Shown: one piece after another, positions 25,058-34,319 of the stretch
Position numbering within the stretch: the first letter of the stretch is position 1
Layout of the letters: every line of letters begins with the position of its first letter
DNA from: a virus
Taxonomy: Duplodnaviria; Heunggongvirae; Uroviricota; Caudoviricetes
IMG/VR virus record: IMGVR_UViG_3300042900_000713
Span: 39,886 to 103,885 of that record
Reading direction: 5' to 3' (one strand)
Length of the DNA stretch: 64,000 nt
Notes under the pieces: model-generated
What the model saw: only the letters and a program-made list of their open reading frames with translations
What the model was told of the DNA's origin: nothing
Databases searched by the model: none
Made by a program: the position numbers and the translations under genes

Positions 25058-25404
25058 TTTCTTTCATAAGTTTTTGGATTTTCTCCTTACCATATTCTGT
25101 AAGTTTTCTTTTATTGTATCGTAATTCTTCTACTTCTTCTTTGGATAAATTCAACCAAGGAGTATCATCGGGAACTGGGAGATTGGGTTCAGTCATAATA
25201 ACACCCTTTTCCATTCCAAATATAGTCTGGTTGAGAATACTCTAAAACTCTTTTATATAATTTGGTTTCTCCTTCCGTATAAACTTCAACAGAATGAGTT
25301 TTCAAGTATTCTTCCATTTGTTTGTGGATTTTTACTCCCCTTTCATATACTTCTTGGTTAGTCATAATGTTTTTGTGTGTTTGTGTAAGAAAACTTGGTT
25401 GAAT

Positions 25405-25593
25405 TCATTCTCTTCCCCTAAATGTATCTGCGATTTCATCTGGAAGTAGAAATGAACCCATCCAACTATCATCTCTAGCAAAGTTACGACATTCAACTGA
25501 AAATGCCCTAATCACTGCTTTTCGCAGTTCATCTTCCGGCATATTCATAATATCTTCCTTCATACATCCACTATACCCAGTTGCGATAGTCAT
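25405..25593 (-). CDS. hypothetical protein 62 aa
   Basis: Minus ORF. Confidence 0.45.
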   Translation of the reverse strand: MTIATGYSGCMKEDIMNMPEDELRKAVIRAFSVECRNFARDDSWMGSFLLPDEIADTFRGRE

Positions 25594-25784
25594 TTTGTTT
25601 TCTCCGTGAGTTTTAGATACTGATATTCAACCTTACATTTTGCTGGTTGTTCCATACAGTAGATGATACCTTTGTTTCTTCCAGTATCTTCTCCTATATT
25701 AAAACCTATAGAATATACCCCAGCAAGACAAGCAGCAAAAGCAGAAACTACTGGAGCAACCCACCAATCATCATTGTACATCAT
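25590..25784 (-). CDS. small membrane protein 64 aa
   Basis: VAPVVSAFAACLAGVYSIGF hydrophobic; after E27 (-10 TATACT). Confidence 0.45.
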   Translation of the reverse strand: MMYNDDWWVAPVVSAFAACLAGVYSIGFNIGEDTGRNKGIIYCMEQPAKCKVEYQYLKLTEKTK

Positions 25785-25863
25785 TCATTCCTTGGTTTCT
25801 CACAGTATAGCAGAAGGCACACCACCTCACCAGAGACAGTGTGACGGTTCTTCAAGTGTCCTC
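25785..25863 (-). promoter_or_regulatory. cassette E27 (box + TATACT)
   Basis: gtgtgacggttcttcaagtgtcc. Confidence 0.55.
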
Positions 25864-26106
25864 AACTATGAGACAATAATGACACTGAAAAGCAAACACA
25901 TCTTTGTCGTGTGTTTTTTTCTCCTCATTTTCATACCAAGAATACACAACTTCATACCAAGGGTCTGTGCTTCCATAAGAATTGAGACCTTCAACAGTCA
26001 CAATACCACCAGAAGCACCAATCCAACGAGAACCAACTTGAATTTCTTCCCCTTTAAAAATGTGACCGACTATAAATTTGTGTCCGTTTTCGATTTTAGT
26101 TTCCAT
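25852..26106 (-). CDS. paralog A1 (METKIENGHKFIVGHIFKGEE…) 84 aa
   Basis: ~60% identical to 30377..30640; -10 TATGAT upstream; stop in E27 box. Confidence 0.5.
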   Translation of the reverse strand: METKIENGHKFIVGHIFKGEEIQVGSRWIGASGGIVTVEGLNSYGSTDPWYEVVYSWYENEEKKTHDKDVFAFQCHYCLIVEDT

Positions 26107-26140
26107 CAGTCCTTTGCGTGTATGAGAGTATCATAGCACC
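26107..26140 (-). promoter_or_regulatory. -10/leader module E28 (TATGAT + CTCATACACGCAAAG) without box
   Basis: Same leader as E29. Confidence 0.45.
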
Positions 26141-26484
26141 TTTGGTGGTGGGTTGGGGTCTGCAGGGACAGTTTGTGAATTGGACTTTTTAAGTTTGAGA
26201 GGTGGTTTGGGTTCTGGACAGTTCAAATTGGGTTCAAGATATTCCACTTTATCTTTTTGACTATATTTAAAATCATCACGAATTATTGCATTCGCCCAAC
26301 CCTCATCTCTATAAGGTCCATCAACAATATTCAACCAAACCCACAGAACTTTCTTTTGTGGGCAATACAAAACTGTTCCATCACCTTTGGTGACTTTTTT
26401 AAGTCTATAGTTATTCATTGGGTCTTGTTCTGGTAGGAAATCTTCACGGATTACTCGTGCTTTAGGGAATTCTGGTTTATTCAT
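26131..26484 (-). CDS. hypothetical protein 117 aa
   Basis: Minus ORF. Confidence 0.5.
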   Translation of the reverse strand: MNKPEFPKARVIREDFLPEQDPMNNYRLKKVTKGDGTVLYCPQKKVLWVWLNIVDGPYRDEGWANAIIRDDFKYSQKDKVEYLEPNLNCPEPKPPLKLKKSNSQTVPADPNPPPKVL

Positions 26485-26813
26485 TTTTCATCATCCCAAG
26501 GTGCTTTACGAGATAACAAATCAGAAAGACCTTGATTAAACTTTGGAGGTTCGGCAAGTCTCGCCTGAAGAGCATCAAAGTCTGTTGGAGACAATAAAAT
26601 TGTTTCGGGTTTCGCATCTCTGCCCCATATTTTCTGGAATTGGTATTTGTAGTGCATATCATAATACCCAGAATTCAAAGAAGTCCAAAATTGAAACTGC
26701 AAATGATTATCATCAAATCTATATACGGAATGGCGTATAAATCTATACCACCACCATATCGGTTTTCGTTGAAGAAACTTATTATCAAGTATAAGTCTGT
26801 TTAGAAATCTCAT
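26481..26813 (-). CDS. hypothetical protein 110 aa
   Basis: ATGA-coupled. Confidence 0.5.
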   Translation of the reverse strand: MRFLNRLILDNKFLQRKPIWWWYRFIRHSVYRFDDNHLQFQFWTSLNSGYYDMHYKYQFQKIWGRDAKPETILLSPTDFDALQARLAEPPKFNQGLSDLLSRKAPWDDEK

Positions 26814-27016
26814 TCTTCAACCTCCATTAGATTGTATTCATCATCACAAGAGTATCCACATTTCTTACACTTATAAACATCAATCATATTTAAAGTTTTG
26901 TGGTTTAGTGGAGTTGGACCCGAAAAGCAAACTCTTTCGTTAAACACTCCACCTGGATTTATAGCAATTCCTATTTGAATTTCACCTTTACATTCAGGGC
27001 ATACTAGGTTAATCAT
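26810..27016 (-). CDS. zinc-ribbon small protein ending …EVEE
   Basis: CPEC…CKKCG; junction GAGGTTGAAGAATGA. Confidence 0.5.
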   Translation of the reverse strand: MINLVCPECKGEIQIGIAINPGGVFNERVCFSGPTPLNHKTLNMIDVYKCKKCGYSCDDEYNLMEVEE

Positions 27017-27150
27017 TCTTCAACCTCATTTTCCTTTACTTCATCCAACCAACTGTAATTAGATTTAAGAAAAATATCTGGAATATAAGGACAATAAAAG
27101 ACACCATCTTCCCACCCTATCTTTACTTTAGGGAAACTAGTTTCAATCAT
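27013..27150 (-). CDS. small protein 45 aa ending …NEVEE
   Basis: Bounded by two conserved EVEE*/ATGA junctions; not in ORF track. Confidence 0.35.
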   Translation of the reverse strand: MIETSFPKVKIGWEDGVFYCPYIPDIFLKSNYSWLDEVKENEVEE

Positions 27151-27365
27151 TCTTCAACCTCCCATTCCTCTACACGAAACATATTGCGATAGCGTTGATA
27201 CTCATCAGTTTTACGATACTCTTCATCACAATAATAATCATAATCTTTTAGAAGTTTATCTATCTTCTCATTTGCCCGTTCTTCTGTTGAAAAGATATTA
27301 CAGATGTTTAGACTTGTAATTCCAGGTCCACTATCGTAATCTTCCACTACGACATAAATTTTCAT
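27147..27365 (-). CDS. MKIYVV…EVEE family protein (72 aa)
   Basis: Shares N-terminus MKIYVV and C-terminus EVEE with 27652..27891. Confidence 0.5.
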   Translation of the reverse strand: MKIYVVVEDYDSGPGITSLNICNIFSTEERANEKIDKLLKDYDYYCDEEYRKTDEYQRYRNMFRVEEWEVEE

Positions 27366-27616
27366 ATAATCATAATGTCCCTTACTTCACGACCTTCATA
27401 TTGTTTTTTTCTCCATTCAAGGAACAGTTCTTTGAGTTCCTTATCTTGAGGATAAAAAACTGGGTTCCAAATTCCACCCAAATAATTTTCCCAATTTTCT
27501 CCAAATTCATCGGTCGTCCTATAAACTGGATAATCTGGGTCATCAGTTTTCACATACCAAGTCAAAGTCTTTGAGACTTCTGTGATTTTCATTTTGTTTC
27601 TTCCAGTTTTTTCCAT
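27362..27616 (-). CDS. hypothetical protein 84 aa
   Basis: ATGA-coupled. Confidence 0.5.
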   Translation of the reverse strand: MEKTGRNKMKITEVSKTLTWYVKTDDPDYPVYRTTDEFGENWENYLGGIWNPVFYPQDKELKELFLEWRKKQYEGREVRDIMII

Positions 27617-27651
27617 TCTTCATATCTTAAGTATTTACAAAATGAATTTAG

Positions 27652-27891
27652 TCATTCTTCAACCTCAACTTCTTCTACTTTATATAACCAACGGGGAAAA
27701 TCTTCTTTTACAAATTTAATTGCTTCTTCTTTACTAACTTCCTCATTAGCAATATAATCTTTAATCTGCATTAGATACTCATTATCTCTTAATTGCTTTG
27801 ATTTTGATTGTGCTTTTTTCTTTGAGATGTATGCAGAATGAATTGCATTATAAGACGCATAACGATTATCAATTACGACATAAATTTTCAT
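27652..27891 (-). CDS. MKIYVV…EVEE family protein (~79 aa)
   Basis: Internal ATG (MKIYVVIDN) ATGA-coupled to 27888..28124. Confidence 0.5.
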   Translation of the reverse strand: MKIYVVIDNRYASYNAIHSAYISKKKAQSKSKQLRDNEYLMQIKDYIANEEVSKEEAIKFVKEDFPRWLYKVEEVEVEE

Positions 27892-28124
27892 ATATTCGCA
27901 ACCTCCGCCCATATTCCATCTACGGTCATAGCATAAAATTTTGGATAGTTTCTCAACATACGAACACACGCTGATGCTGCTGCCCAAGTATCAAAGATTG
28001 GTTGCTCAAAATAAGGACATTCTTCAATTGGTTGTTTGATTACTTGATATCTAACAGTCCAGGTGTTTCGGTCAAGAAACTCGGTGATTGAGTAGTCTTT
28101 TAAAATTTCAGGTTGTTCGGTCAT
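27888..28124 (-). CDS. hypothetical protein 78 aa
   Basis: Coupled. Confidence 0.5.
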   Translation of the reverse strand: MTEQPEILKDYSITEFLDRNTWTVRYQVIKQPIEECPYFEQPIFDTWAAASACVRMLRNYPKFYAMTVDGIWAEVANI

Positions 28125-28390
28125 TTTGTTTCCTCAAGTTCTTTTGCGGTGGTCTTGATGTATTGCATTGCGGCATTCCAACCATTCTCCCAATCATCTG
28201 GAGTAGTTCCCTGAATATGCTCTGCAGATAGCATTCCTTGTTCTGCAGCGGCACGGAGAGCGGCAGCAGCGATTGTGTGAGCGTCAGCAGGGCACAGATT
28301 ACCCCAATCCCAATACACCTGTTTAACAGCGTCAGAGACTACTTGTGTGGCGGGAGAGAGTGGTTTTTCAAACATTTTCAAGTTCCTCAC
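28121..28390 (-). CDS. hypothetical protein 89 aa
   Basis: Coupled. Confidence 0.5.
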   Translation of the reverse strand: MRNLKMFEKPLSPATQVVSDAVKQVYWDWGNLCPADAHTIAAAALRAAAEQGMLSAEHIQGTTPDDWENGWNAAMQYIKTTAKELEETK

Positions 28391-28556
28391 AAAGTTCTAA
28401 AATATCAGGACAGTGAATAATACCAGGAGATACTTGCAACTGATTTATAAGTTCTTTGAATGCAACAGCAAGGGCACGATGTTCGTGAAAAGGTTTTTGT
28501 AGACAATACTCTTCCTCCCAAGCATCATAAATTTTCTGTGCTCTTTCAGTCATCAA
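28368..28556 (-). CDS. hypothetical protein 62 aa
   Basis: Minus ORF. Confidence 0.45.
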   Translation of the reverse strand: MMTERAQKIYDAWEEEYCLQKPFHEHRALAVAFKELINQLQVSPGIIHCPDILELCEELENV

Positions 28557-28722
28557 AATTCCTCCATAATTAGAACACCCCGAAGAGTACTTTTAATAAA
28601 CCACCCATCCTCTTCATCCCAACAACAACCGACAAGTGCCTCTGCAATATCATCCGCTTCTACATCGGTTTCTACTGAAAGAGTTGTAAGTGCTTCAATA
28701 ATGAGATTAAGTTTTTCTTCCG

Positions 28723-29088
28723 TCATAGTCCAAACCTATTATAAAGATACACTTGTGCTTTCCCCTTTGTTTGAACTACAATGTTATAACCGAGTTTAAT
28801 AATAATAGTTGCTAAATTGTTTCCGTGTTGTTTAGCAGCACTCCAATTATGAGGATAATGGTCTATAAACTCCACACCTTTACCTGGATTTTCAAGTGCT
28901 TCTGTGATACTTTTGAGATAAAGTGTGGTAGTTCTTCCAGTTCCTCTGGTTGTTGCTTCTTCGTATTTTTTAGTAAGGTTATCTACTCTTTCCATTAATG
29001 AAACTGGGACTTTATCATAGTCAATAAAATCACTTACTTCTTCAAGTGATTTGTAAAGTTCTTGTGCGAGTTGTTTGTATTCATTCAT
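28723..29088 (-). CDS. hypothetical protein 121 aa
   Basis: Minus ORF. Confidence 0.5.
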   Translation of the reverse strand: MNEYKQLAQELYKSLEEVSDFIDYDKVPVSLMERVDNLTKKYEEATTRGTGRTTTLYLKSITEALENPGKGVEFIDHYPHNWSAAKQHGNNLATIIIKLGYNIVVQTKGKAQVYLYNRFGL

Positions 29089-29432
29089 TTGTGATACTTC
29101 AAAATCATTTTGAGTGTTGTTGCAGGAGACATATCATCTTCAAGTTTATGAGGTTGCAGAAGTTCTACAAGTTCCTCATATTTCTCTTTGTAGTTAGTTC
29201 CCAAATCTACATTCTTATCACACAGAGCATCTTTAAGAATTCTCAAGGATGCTTCTATTTTATCTGGATGGTTTGAAGGTGAGTATTGAAATGCATCAAA
29301 TACAGCACTCATCCATTCCGGGGGATATGCATACTTATGAAGAACTTTTCGGACTTCATCTTCGTCTAAAGTGTAGCGGAAATGATATACTGGGAAACCT
29401 ACTCCCATTTCTTTACAATACTCAAATTTCAT
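29085..29432 (-). CDS. hypothetical protein 115 aa
   Basis: Coupled. Confidence 0.5.
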   Translation of the reverse strand: MKFEYCKEMGVGFPVYHFRYTLDEDEVRKVLHKYAYPPEWMSAVFDAFQYSPSNHPDKIEASLRILKDALCDKNVDLGTNYKEKYEELVELLQPHKLEDDMSPATTLKMILKYHK

Positions 29433-29628
29433 TTTGCCCCTCTTGTTGGTCTAATCGTTTCTCAAGTTTCTCAATCCTATCACACAATTCCGTGATAATA
29501 CTAATCAAGGAAGGATAGTAAATGGTTTCCGTATCATCACCATCATTCATATCAATATACTTGGAATAGTAGAGTTCCTTTCCAAAGTCTCGGTCAGTAG
29601 TCATTTTCATCTCCAATAAGGTTAGCAA
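29422..29628 (-). CDS. hypothetical protein 68 aa
   Basis: Minus ORF. Confidence 0.45.
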   Translation of the reverse strand: MLTLLEMKMTTDRDFGKELYYSKYIDMNDGDDTETIYYPSLISIITELCDRIEKLEKRLDQQEGQNEI

Positions 29629-29890
29629 GGTCTTGAACGGTCATTTTACGAAGGTCTTCAAGCATAATAGTATTTTCTTGTACATTTCTTAATCCTTGTT
29701 TATATCCAAAATCATATCCTTCTTTTTCTGCCTCACGGTATGCTCCATGCCATTCTATATTTAAATTTCGTAGACTTCTATGACTTTCAATTAATTGGAC
29801 AAGAGACATATTGTCCCTAGTGCCGTAGTAGTATTTTCCGTGAATTTCTTTAGAGTAATCTTCAAGTAGTTGTTCGTCTTCAGTCATCAA
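29594..29890 (-). CDS. hypothetical protein 98 aa
   Basis: Minus ORF. Confidence 0.5.
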   Translation of the reverse strand: MMTEDEQLLEDYSKEIHGKYYYGTRDNMSLVQLIESHRSLRNLNIEWHGAYREAEKEGYDFGYKQGLRNVQENTIMLEDLRKMTVQDLANLIGDENDY

Positions 29891-30168
29891 AATTCCTCCA
29901 CAATTAAAACATCATTTACATAGGTAATACCAGTTTTATCAAGTTCTTCTTTTGCTTTTTGTGCATCCATAGCATCAAGTTTTCTACCCAAATAATCTCC
30001 AATATCAACCTCACAATACTCGGAGCAATAATCAGGCAGAGTATCAATCAAATAATCCTCAACACCACAAAGAATTTGAATTGCTTTGCGTTTGTGTTGT
30101 TCAGTAATCTCGGTATCGGGTCGTGCGATAATTTGAGTGATGTGATTAAAGAGTTCGTCCATAGTCAT
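29887..30168 (-). CDS. hypothetical protein 93 aa
   Basis: Coupled. Confidence 0.5.
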   Translation of the reverse strand: MTMDELFNHITQIIARPDTEITEQHKRKAIQILCGVEDYLIDTLPDYCSEYCEVDIGDYLGRKLDAMDAQKAKEELDKTGITYVNDVLIVEEF

Positions 30169-30380
30169 TTAAATCCCTCACAATCAGCATCAAGATATTC
30201 TACCACAGGTTTTCTTATAGTATCACAAAGGGTTTTCTTTGCTTCCTCATAAGAATGGAACCCCTCGTAATAGTCATTCCAAGCATACATATTAATCCAA
30301 ATAAGACCCAAGATTTTCCTTTGGGGATAAAATCTTACAAATTCCCCGTCTGTAAGTTTTGCAATACGATAGTTTTTCAT
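30165..30380 (-). CDS. hypothetical protein 71 aa
   Basis: Coupled. Confidence 0.5.
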   Translation of the reverse strand: MKNYRIAKLTDGEFVRFYPQRKILGLIWINMYAWNDYYEGFHSYEEAKKTLCDTIRKPVVEYLDADCEGFK

Positions 30381-30640
30381 TTCAGTTCCTCACAAATCAT
30401 ACAGTATTTACATTGAAAAGAAAAATGGTCTTTATCGTTGGTTTTCTTTTCTCCATTTTCATACCAAGAATACACAACTTCAGTCCAAGGGTCTATGCTT
30501 CCATATTGATTAAGACCTTCAATCGTTACAACAGTTTTACCACCACCAGCACCAATCCACCGAGAACCAACTTTGAGTTCTTCTGCTTTGAATATGTGGC
30601 GAACAATTGCTTTATGCCCGTTGATGATTTCAGTTTCCAT
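30377..30640 (-). CDS. paralog A2 (METEIINGHKAIVRHIFKAEE…) ~87 aa
   Basis: Internal ATG after E29 (-10 TATGAT); paralog of 25852..26106. Confidence 0.5.
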   Translation of the reverse strand: METEIINGHKAIVRHIFKAEELKVGSRWIGAGGGKTVVTIEGLNQYGSIDPWTEVVYSWYENGEKKTNDKDHFSFQCKYCMICEELK

Positions 30641-30720
30641 CGGTTTGCTTGTGTATGTGAGTATCATAGCAGAAACACACCACCCCACAAGGAGCAGTGT
30701 GCCGGTTCTTCAAGTGTCCT
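30641..30720 (-). promoter_or_regulatory. cassette E29 (box + TATGAT)
   Basis: gtgtatgtgagtatcatagcag…gtgtgccggttcttcaagtgtcc. Confidence 0.6.
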
Positions 30721-31057
30721 ACTTAAGGAGTTCTTCAGGGGACTTTTGAGTGCAAATTTGGTACTGGTTCCCTTCGGTTGCGGTGTGGCGAAGGCATTCA
30801 TTCCACCGAGGGTCGGGAGTTACATTAGAATACTTTGTAGACCAGTCATACCAGCGATTTGCGTGAGGAAGATAGACATTCACTCGCACAAGTCGTTGAT
30901 TAGAAAACCACGCCTTACACTGAACTCCTTCAAATACACGACCACGATTGTTATAATAAACATTACAAGTCGTAGAACGATATACTGTTTGTGAATATGC
31001 AGGAAGAGTGAATAGAAAAACTGAAGCAGCAAGAAGAAGGTTTTTCATAAGTATCAA
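30719..31057 (-). CDS. secreted protein with signal peptide (112 aa)
   Basis: MKNLLLAASVFLFTLPAYS… ; stop in E29 box. Confidence 0.55.
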   Translation of the reverse strand: MILMKNLLLAASVFLFTLPAYSQTVYRSTTCNVYYNNRGRVFEGVQCKAWFSNQRLVRVNVYLPHANRWYDWSTKYSNVTPDPRWNECLRHTATEGNQYQICTQKSPEELLK

Positions 31058-31123
31058 GGTAGAAGGTCAAGAAGAATTGCAAACTCCCAGCACAGGAGAA
31101 TTGCTGTAAAGGAATTAAAGAGA

Positions 31124-31330
31124 TTAATTTGGGTCATTATAATGTTCAAGAATTGCCTTCGCCATCGCAATTACAAGGTCTTTACTTCCAATAGACAAGT
31201 CTTCTCGTGCTCCTTTATGACAAGCAGTCAGGAAAAGTCCGTCATCATCTAGTGTGACCTCTACACGCTCATTTTCAGTTGTGAATACATCAATTTTACT
31301 GCGGATTACATTAGACATTTCAGTTCTCAA
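31124..31330 (-). CDS. hypothetical protein 68 aa
   Basis: Minus ORF. Confidence 0.45.
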   Translation of the reverse strand: MRTEMSNVIRSKIDVFTTENERVEVTLDDDGLFLTACHKGAREDLSIGSKDLVIAMAKAILEHYNDPN

Positions 31331-31492
31331 ATTTCAGGTGATTACGGCAATACTCAAATCGTTTCCATTCCTCATCAGAAAAATTGTCCGAAGCATAAGG
31401 AATACCTACGACATAAGCACAAACCTTGTTGAGTTTTTCGGATGGGTCGTTGCTTGATGCGATAAGAGCACTTGCAAGAAATTCAATCATTT

Positions 31493-31585
31493 TGGATGGG
31501 TGGTTCCTTTGCGGTTATGAAGTCATTATAGCAGAAAACACACCACACCCGAAGGTGTAGTGTGCCGGTTCTTAAAGCGTCACTT
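31493..31585 (-). promoter_or_regulatory. cassette E30: box + terminator-like hairpin + T-run + TATAAT
   Basis: Minus: CCGGCACACTACACCttcgGGTGTGGTGTGTTTTCTGCTATAATG. Confidence 0.6.
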
Positions 31586-32398
31586 GCTAGTGAAAACACC
31601 GTCAGAAAGTGAAAGGACGTTAGCACCGTTGATAAGAATCTTCTGAATGCTACCATTCTTCATTGCTTCACGCAAAATTTCATTCTGCTGATACTTTAGA
31701 TATTCTGGAGTGATGGTAGATGCAATAGACTTATTCTCATTTGCCTTCAGTTCAGCAGTTCGGTTCTTCACAATCTGCTCTCGTTCGGCAGATTGAGCAG
31801 TCACAACACGATTTACAGCATCCACCAAATCAGCAGGAAGGTCTGCTTTCACAACAACCACAGATTCAATCTGAATTTTACCCGCAAGGTCATTCTTCTC
31901 CAGAGACAGATTCAGGTTATTCTTAATAGTATCTTGTATCTTGTCAAGGGAACTATTTACTTCCAGAGCAGGATATTCATCAACTGATTGATTGACCGCA
32001 GAAGTAATCAAACGCTTAATGAAAGTAGACATTAGTTCAATTTGACCATTATCACTAAAGGAATGATTAGAAGTATCATATCCACTATAAAACTCATAAA
32101 GTGATGATGGCGACAAACTATAAGTAACAACAACATCCATATCTTTCATAATGGTGTTGTCTTTAGTTTTTGGAGTTAGGTCATTTGATTGAACTGTAAT
32201 CTTTCGGGTGTTGAAGACCTTAATGCTACCAAAGCCGTCATAGTGAATTCCAGGCAAAAGAATTTCATTTGTTACTTGACCACTGAAATTCGTATAAAGA
32301 CCATTCTCACCAGTGCTAATCGTAGTGAATTGTCCAGCAGTAAATGCAAGAACAATCACACCAGCACCGATACCAATACCAAGTTTTGCGAGAGACAT
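31580..32398 (-). CDS. SPFH/band-7 (prohibitin-like) membrane protein
   Basis: N-terminal TM (IGIGAGVIVLAFTAG), Ala/Glu-rich coiled C-terminus typical of SPFH domains; stop in E30 box. Confidence 0.55.
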   Translation of the reverse strand: MSLAKLGIGIGAGVIVLAFTAGQFTTISTGENGLYTNFSGQVTNEILLPGIHYDGFGSIKVFNTRKITVQSNDLTPKTKDNTIMKDMDVVVTYSLSPSSLYEFYSGYDTSNHSFSDNGQIELMSTFIKRLITSAVNQSVDEYPALEVNSSLDKIQDTIKNNLNLSLEKNDLAGKIQIESVVVVKADLPADLVDAVNRVVTAQSAEREQIVKNRTAELKANENKSIASTITPEYLKYQQNEILREAMKNGSIQKILINGANVLSLSDGVFTSK

Positions 32399-32594
32399 AA
32401 TTAAAAAAAAGTTAGTTAGTTAAGGAAAAAATCAATCAGAAGTTAAACCAGCGTAAATAAATGCTATTGCAACAAAAAGCAAAAGAGCGAGAGGAATCAT
32501 TTTGAGAAAGAACAACACTGGAAGTCCTCTCAAAAGAAGAATGTAGAGTAGAGCAGATACTCCTACTAAAATACCAAGAATTCGTACTACCACA

Positions 32595-32660
32595 TTGGAG
32601 TTTTCAAATCAACAAACATAGTATAGGGTGAATTGGTCGGTTATGCAAGGGGTCTTGTGC
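32595..32660 (-). promoter_or_regulatory. cassette E31 (box + TATACT)
   Basis: cttgtgccagttcaacgagtggcaac. Confidence 0.5.
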
Positions 32661-32664
32661 CAGT

Positions 32665-32943
32665 TCAACGAGTGGCAACTTTTAAAATAATCACATCAAA
32701 AGTAGGAGTATCATATAATATAAAAACTGATGCTTTCACCAAAAACTTATCATCCAAAGTATGAATCACAAAGGTAAGAGGCCATGCTTCTTCCCATCCA
32801 CATTTACCATAATAAAACAGTTTTGCCGCTTCTTCCACAATATCTTCAATTGTCTTATCATAAGGATTCAGAATTGAAAATCTCTCAAAATCAGAAGCAA
32901 GTTCTAAAATTGAAAACTTGTAGTGACGGTTAAGTGTTTTCAT
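32665..32943 (-). CDS. hypothetical protein 92 aa
   Basis: ATG after E31 (-10 TATACT). Confidence 0.5.
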   Translation of the reverse strand: MKTLNRHYKFSILELASDFERFSILNPYDKTIEDIVEEAAKLFYYGKCGWEEAWPLTFVIHTLDDKFLVKASVFILYDTPTFDVIILKVATR

Positions 32944-33302
32944 TGATCTATGAGATGTTCCTCGGTAGTTATACTCACAATCGTATAATCACCAGTCGCA
33001 ATCAACAAATTCGCAACAGCAATCGCCTTGGGCATCGTCTTATGATACTGCCAGCGTCGTTCCAGATCATTTTTGTAGTAGTAATCAATACGATACCGTG
33101 TAGTTTGTTCCACCCATTTATTTAAGTCCTTATCATAGGTTTTGCCCCTTGTAAGTTCGTCAATATTCAGAGTGGGTTCATTATCACCATTCTCATTTTC
33201 CCAAAATTCATCATAGCATTCGCCGGGACATTGTGAGAATGATGGTTGGTCTTTAGTCATTTTCCAAAAATCCCCCAAATAATATAAACAATCAAGTAGC
33301 AT
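32940..33302 (-). CDS. hypothetical protein 120 aa
   Basis: Coupled. Confidence 0.5.
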   Translation of the reverse strand: MLLDCLYYLGDFWKMTKDQPSFSQCPGECYDEFWENENGDNEPTLNIDELTRGKTYDKDLNKWVEQTTRYRIDYYYKNDLERRWQYHKTMPKAIAVANLLIATGDYTIVSITTEEHLIDQ

Positions 33303-33387
33303 ATACCGACACCTAACGCAAACTTTGTGTCTTTAATTCCATGTACTATCCAGATGTTTGCAAGGATTAATAGGATTTGAGAATTAG

Positions 33388-34047
33388 TCATTTGAGTTTC
33401 TCCATTAGAGCATCACGATAAGAATTATATCCATCATCCCAATCATCATCACCAACAACCCTAATAGCATCAGGCATCCACTCCATAAACATTTGAATAA
33501 ACCTCTCTACTTCTTCTTCATAAAGTTCACTACTCCTATTCTTTGGATTTTCCCATTTAAAAGCGAAATTAAACTCCCATTTCTTAAGAAGGTTTTTGAG
33601 TGTTAGTGTTTCGGGTTCTTGTTCATCAAACACCCCATTTTGCTTTGCAGTCTTCATAGCATCTTTGAGACTTTTTTCAGTTTCTTCTGGAGTTTGAGGT
33701 TTAGGTTCCCAATTAGATTTCAGGAGTGTTTTTGGGTCAACATACCAATTGCTCTCTTTGAGTTTTTCTAGTGGAGTTGGTTGAAACTTACTCACTCTTT
33801 CTTCTTTTGCGGCATTATATCCCTGTTGGAAGGAAATCCAACTATCTTCATTACCAATAGTCCATACACCATTCTCACGACCTTTTGGGTAATGACCGTA
33901 AACTCTTTTGAATGCTTCTTTGCAAGGAGTTTTATGATTTTGAAGTTCTTCAAGAAAAGACAGTTTTGCTTCTAATACTTTGATTTCTGCTTTTGTTTTT
34001 TCAATTTCTTGTGCTCCGATTTCTGCTTTTTCGTTTGGGAAAGTCAT
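33388..34047 (-). CDS. hypothetical protein 219 aa
   Basis: ATG after E32 TATAAT promoter. Confidence 0.55.
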   Translation of the reverse strand: MTFPNEKAEIGAQEIEKTKAEIKVLEAKLSFLEELQNHKTPCKEAFKRVYGHYPKGRENGVWTIGNEDSWISFQQGYNAAKEERVSKFQPTPLEKLKESNWYVDPKTLLKSNWEPKPQTPEETEKSLKDAMKTAKQNGVFDEQEPETLTLKNLLKKWEFNFAFKWENPKNRSSELYEEEVERFIQMFMEWMPDAIRVVGDDDWDDGYNSYRDALMEKLK

Positions 34048-34128
34048 TTGAGGTCTTTGTGTGTATGAGAGTATTATAGGGCATCAGGACACAAAGTTCA
34101 AGTGCCTCTGTGACGGTTCAAGGAGTGT
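34048..34128 (-). promoter_or_regulatory. cassette E32 (subfamily E; TTGAAC-18-TATAAT)
   Basis: gtgtatgagagtattatagggcatcagg…ctgtgacggttcaaggagtgtcc. Confidence 0.6.
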
Positions 34129-34130
34129 CC

Positions 34131-34319
34131 TCAATAATCCGTATAAGTTTTCAGTTCTCCACACTTTTTACATCGTAGAGTGTATTTGGAACCAATGGGA
34201 AAGTGTTTTCCTGTTAAAATATCTTCAGGAGTAACCTCAAAATCAAATACTTTTTTCTTGCCTTCTATCTCCCATTCGTGAAAGCATCCAGTCAGTAGAA
34301 ATTCAAGTAGTTTTTTCAT
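34131..34319 (-). CDS. zinc-ribbon small protein ~62 aa
   Basis: Internal ATG (MKKLLEF) ATGA-coupled; CxxC…CKKCG; stop in E32 box. Confidence 0.45.
   Translation of the reverse strand: MKKLLEFLLTGCFHEWEIEGKKKVFDFEVTPEDILTGKHFPIGSKYTLRCKKCGELKTYTDY

Noticed and set aside
25663-26136. Plus-strand 157-aa ORF (and its twin 30359..30994, 211 aa)
   Set aside because: Both are antisense shadows of the paralogous minus-strand genes 25852..26106 and 30377..30640. Their mutual similarity reflects the similarity of the real genes.
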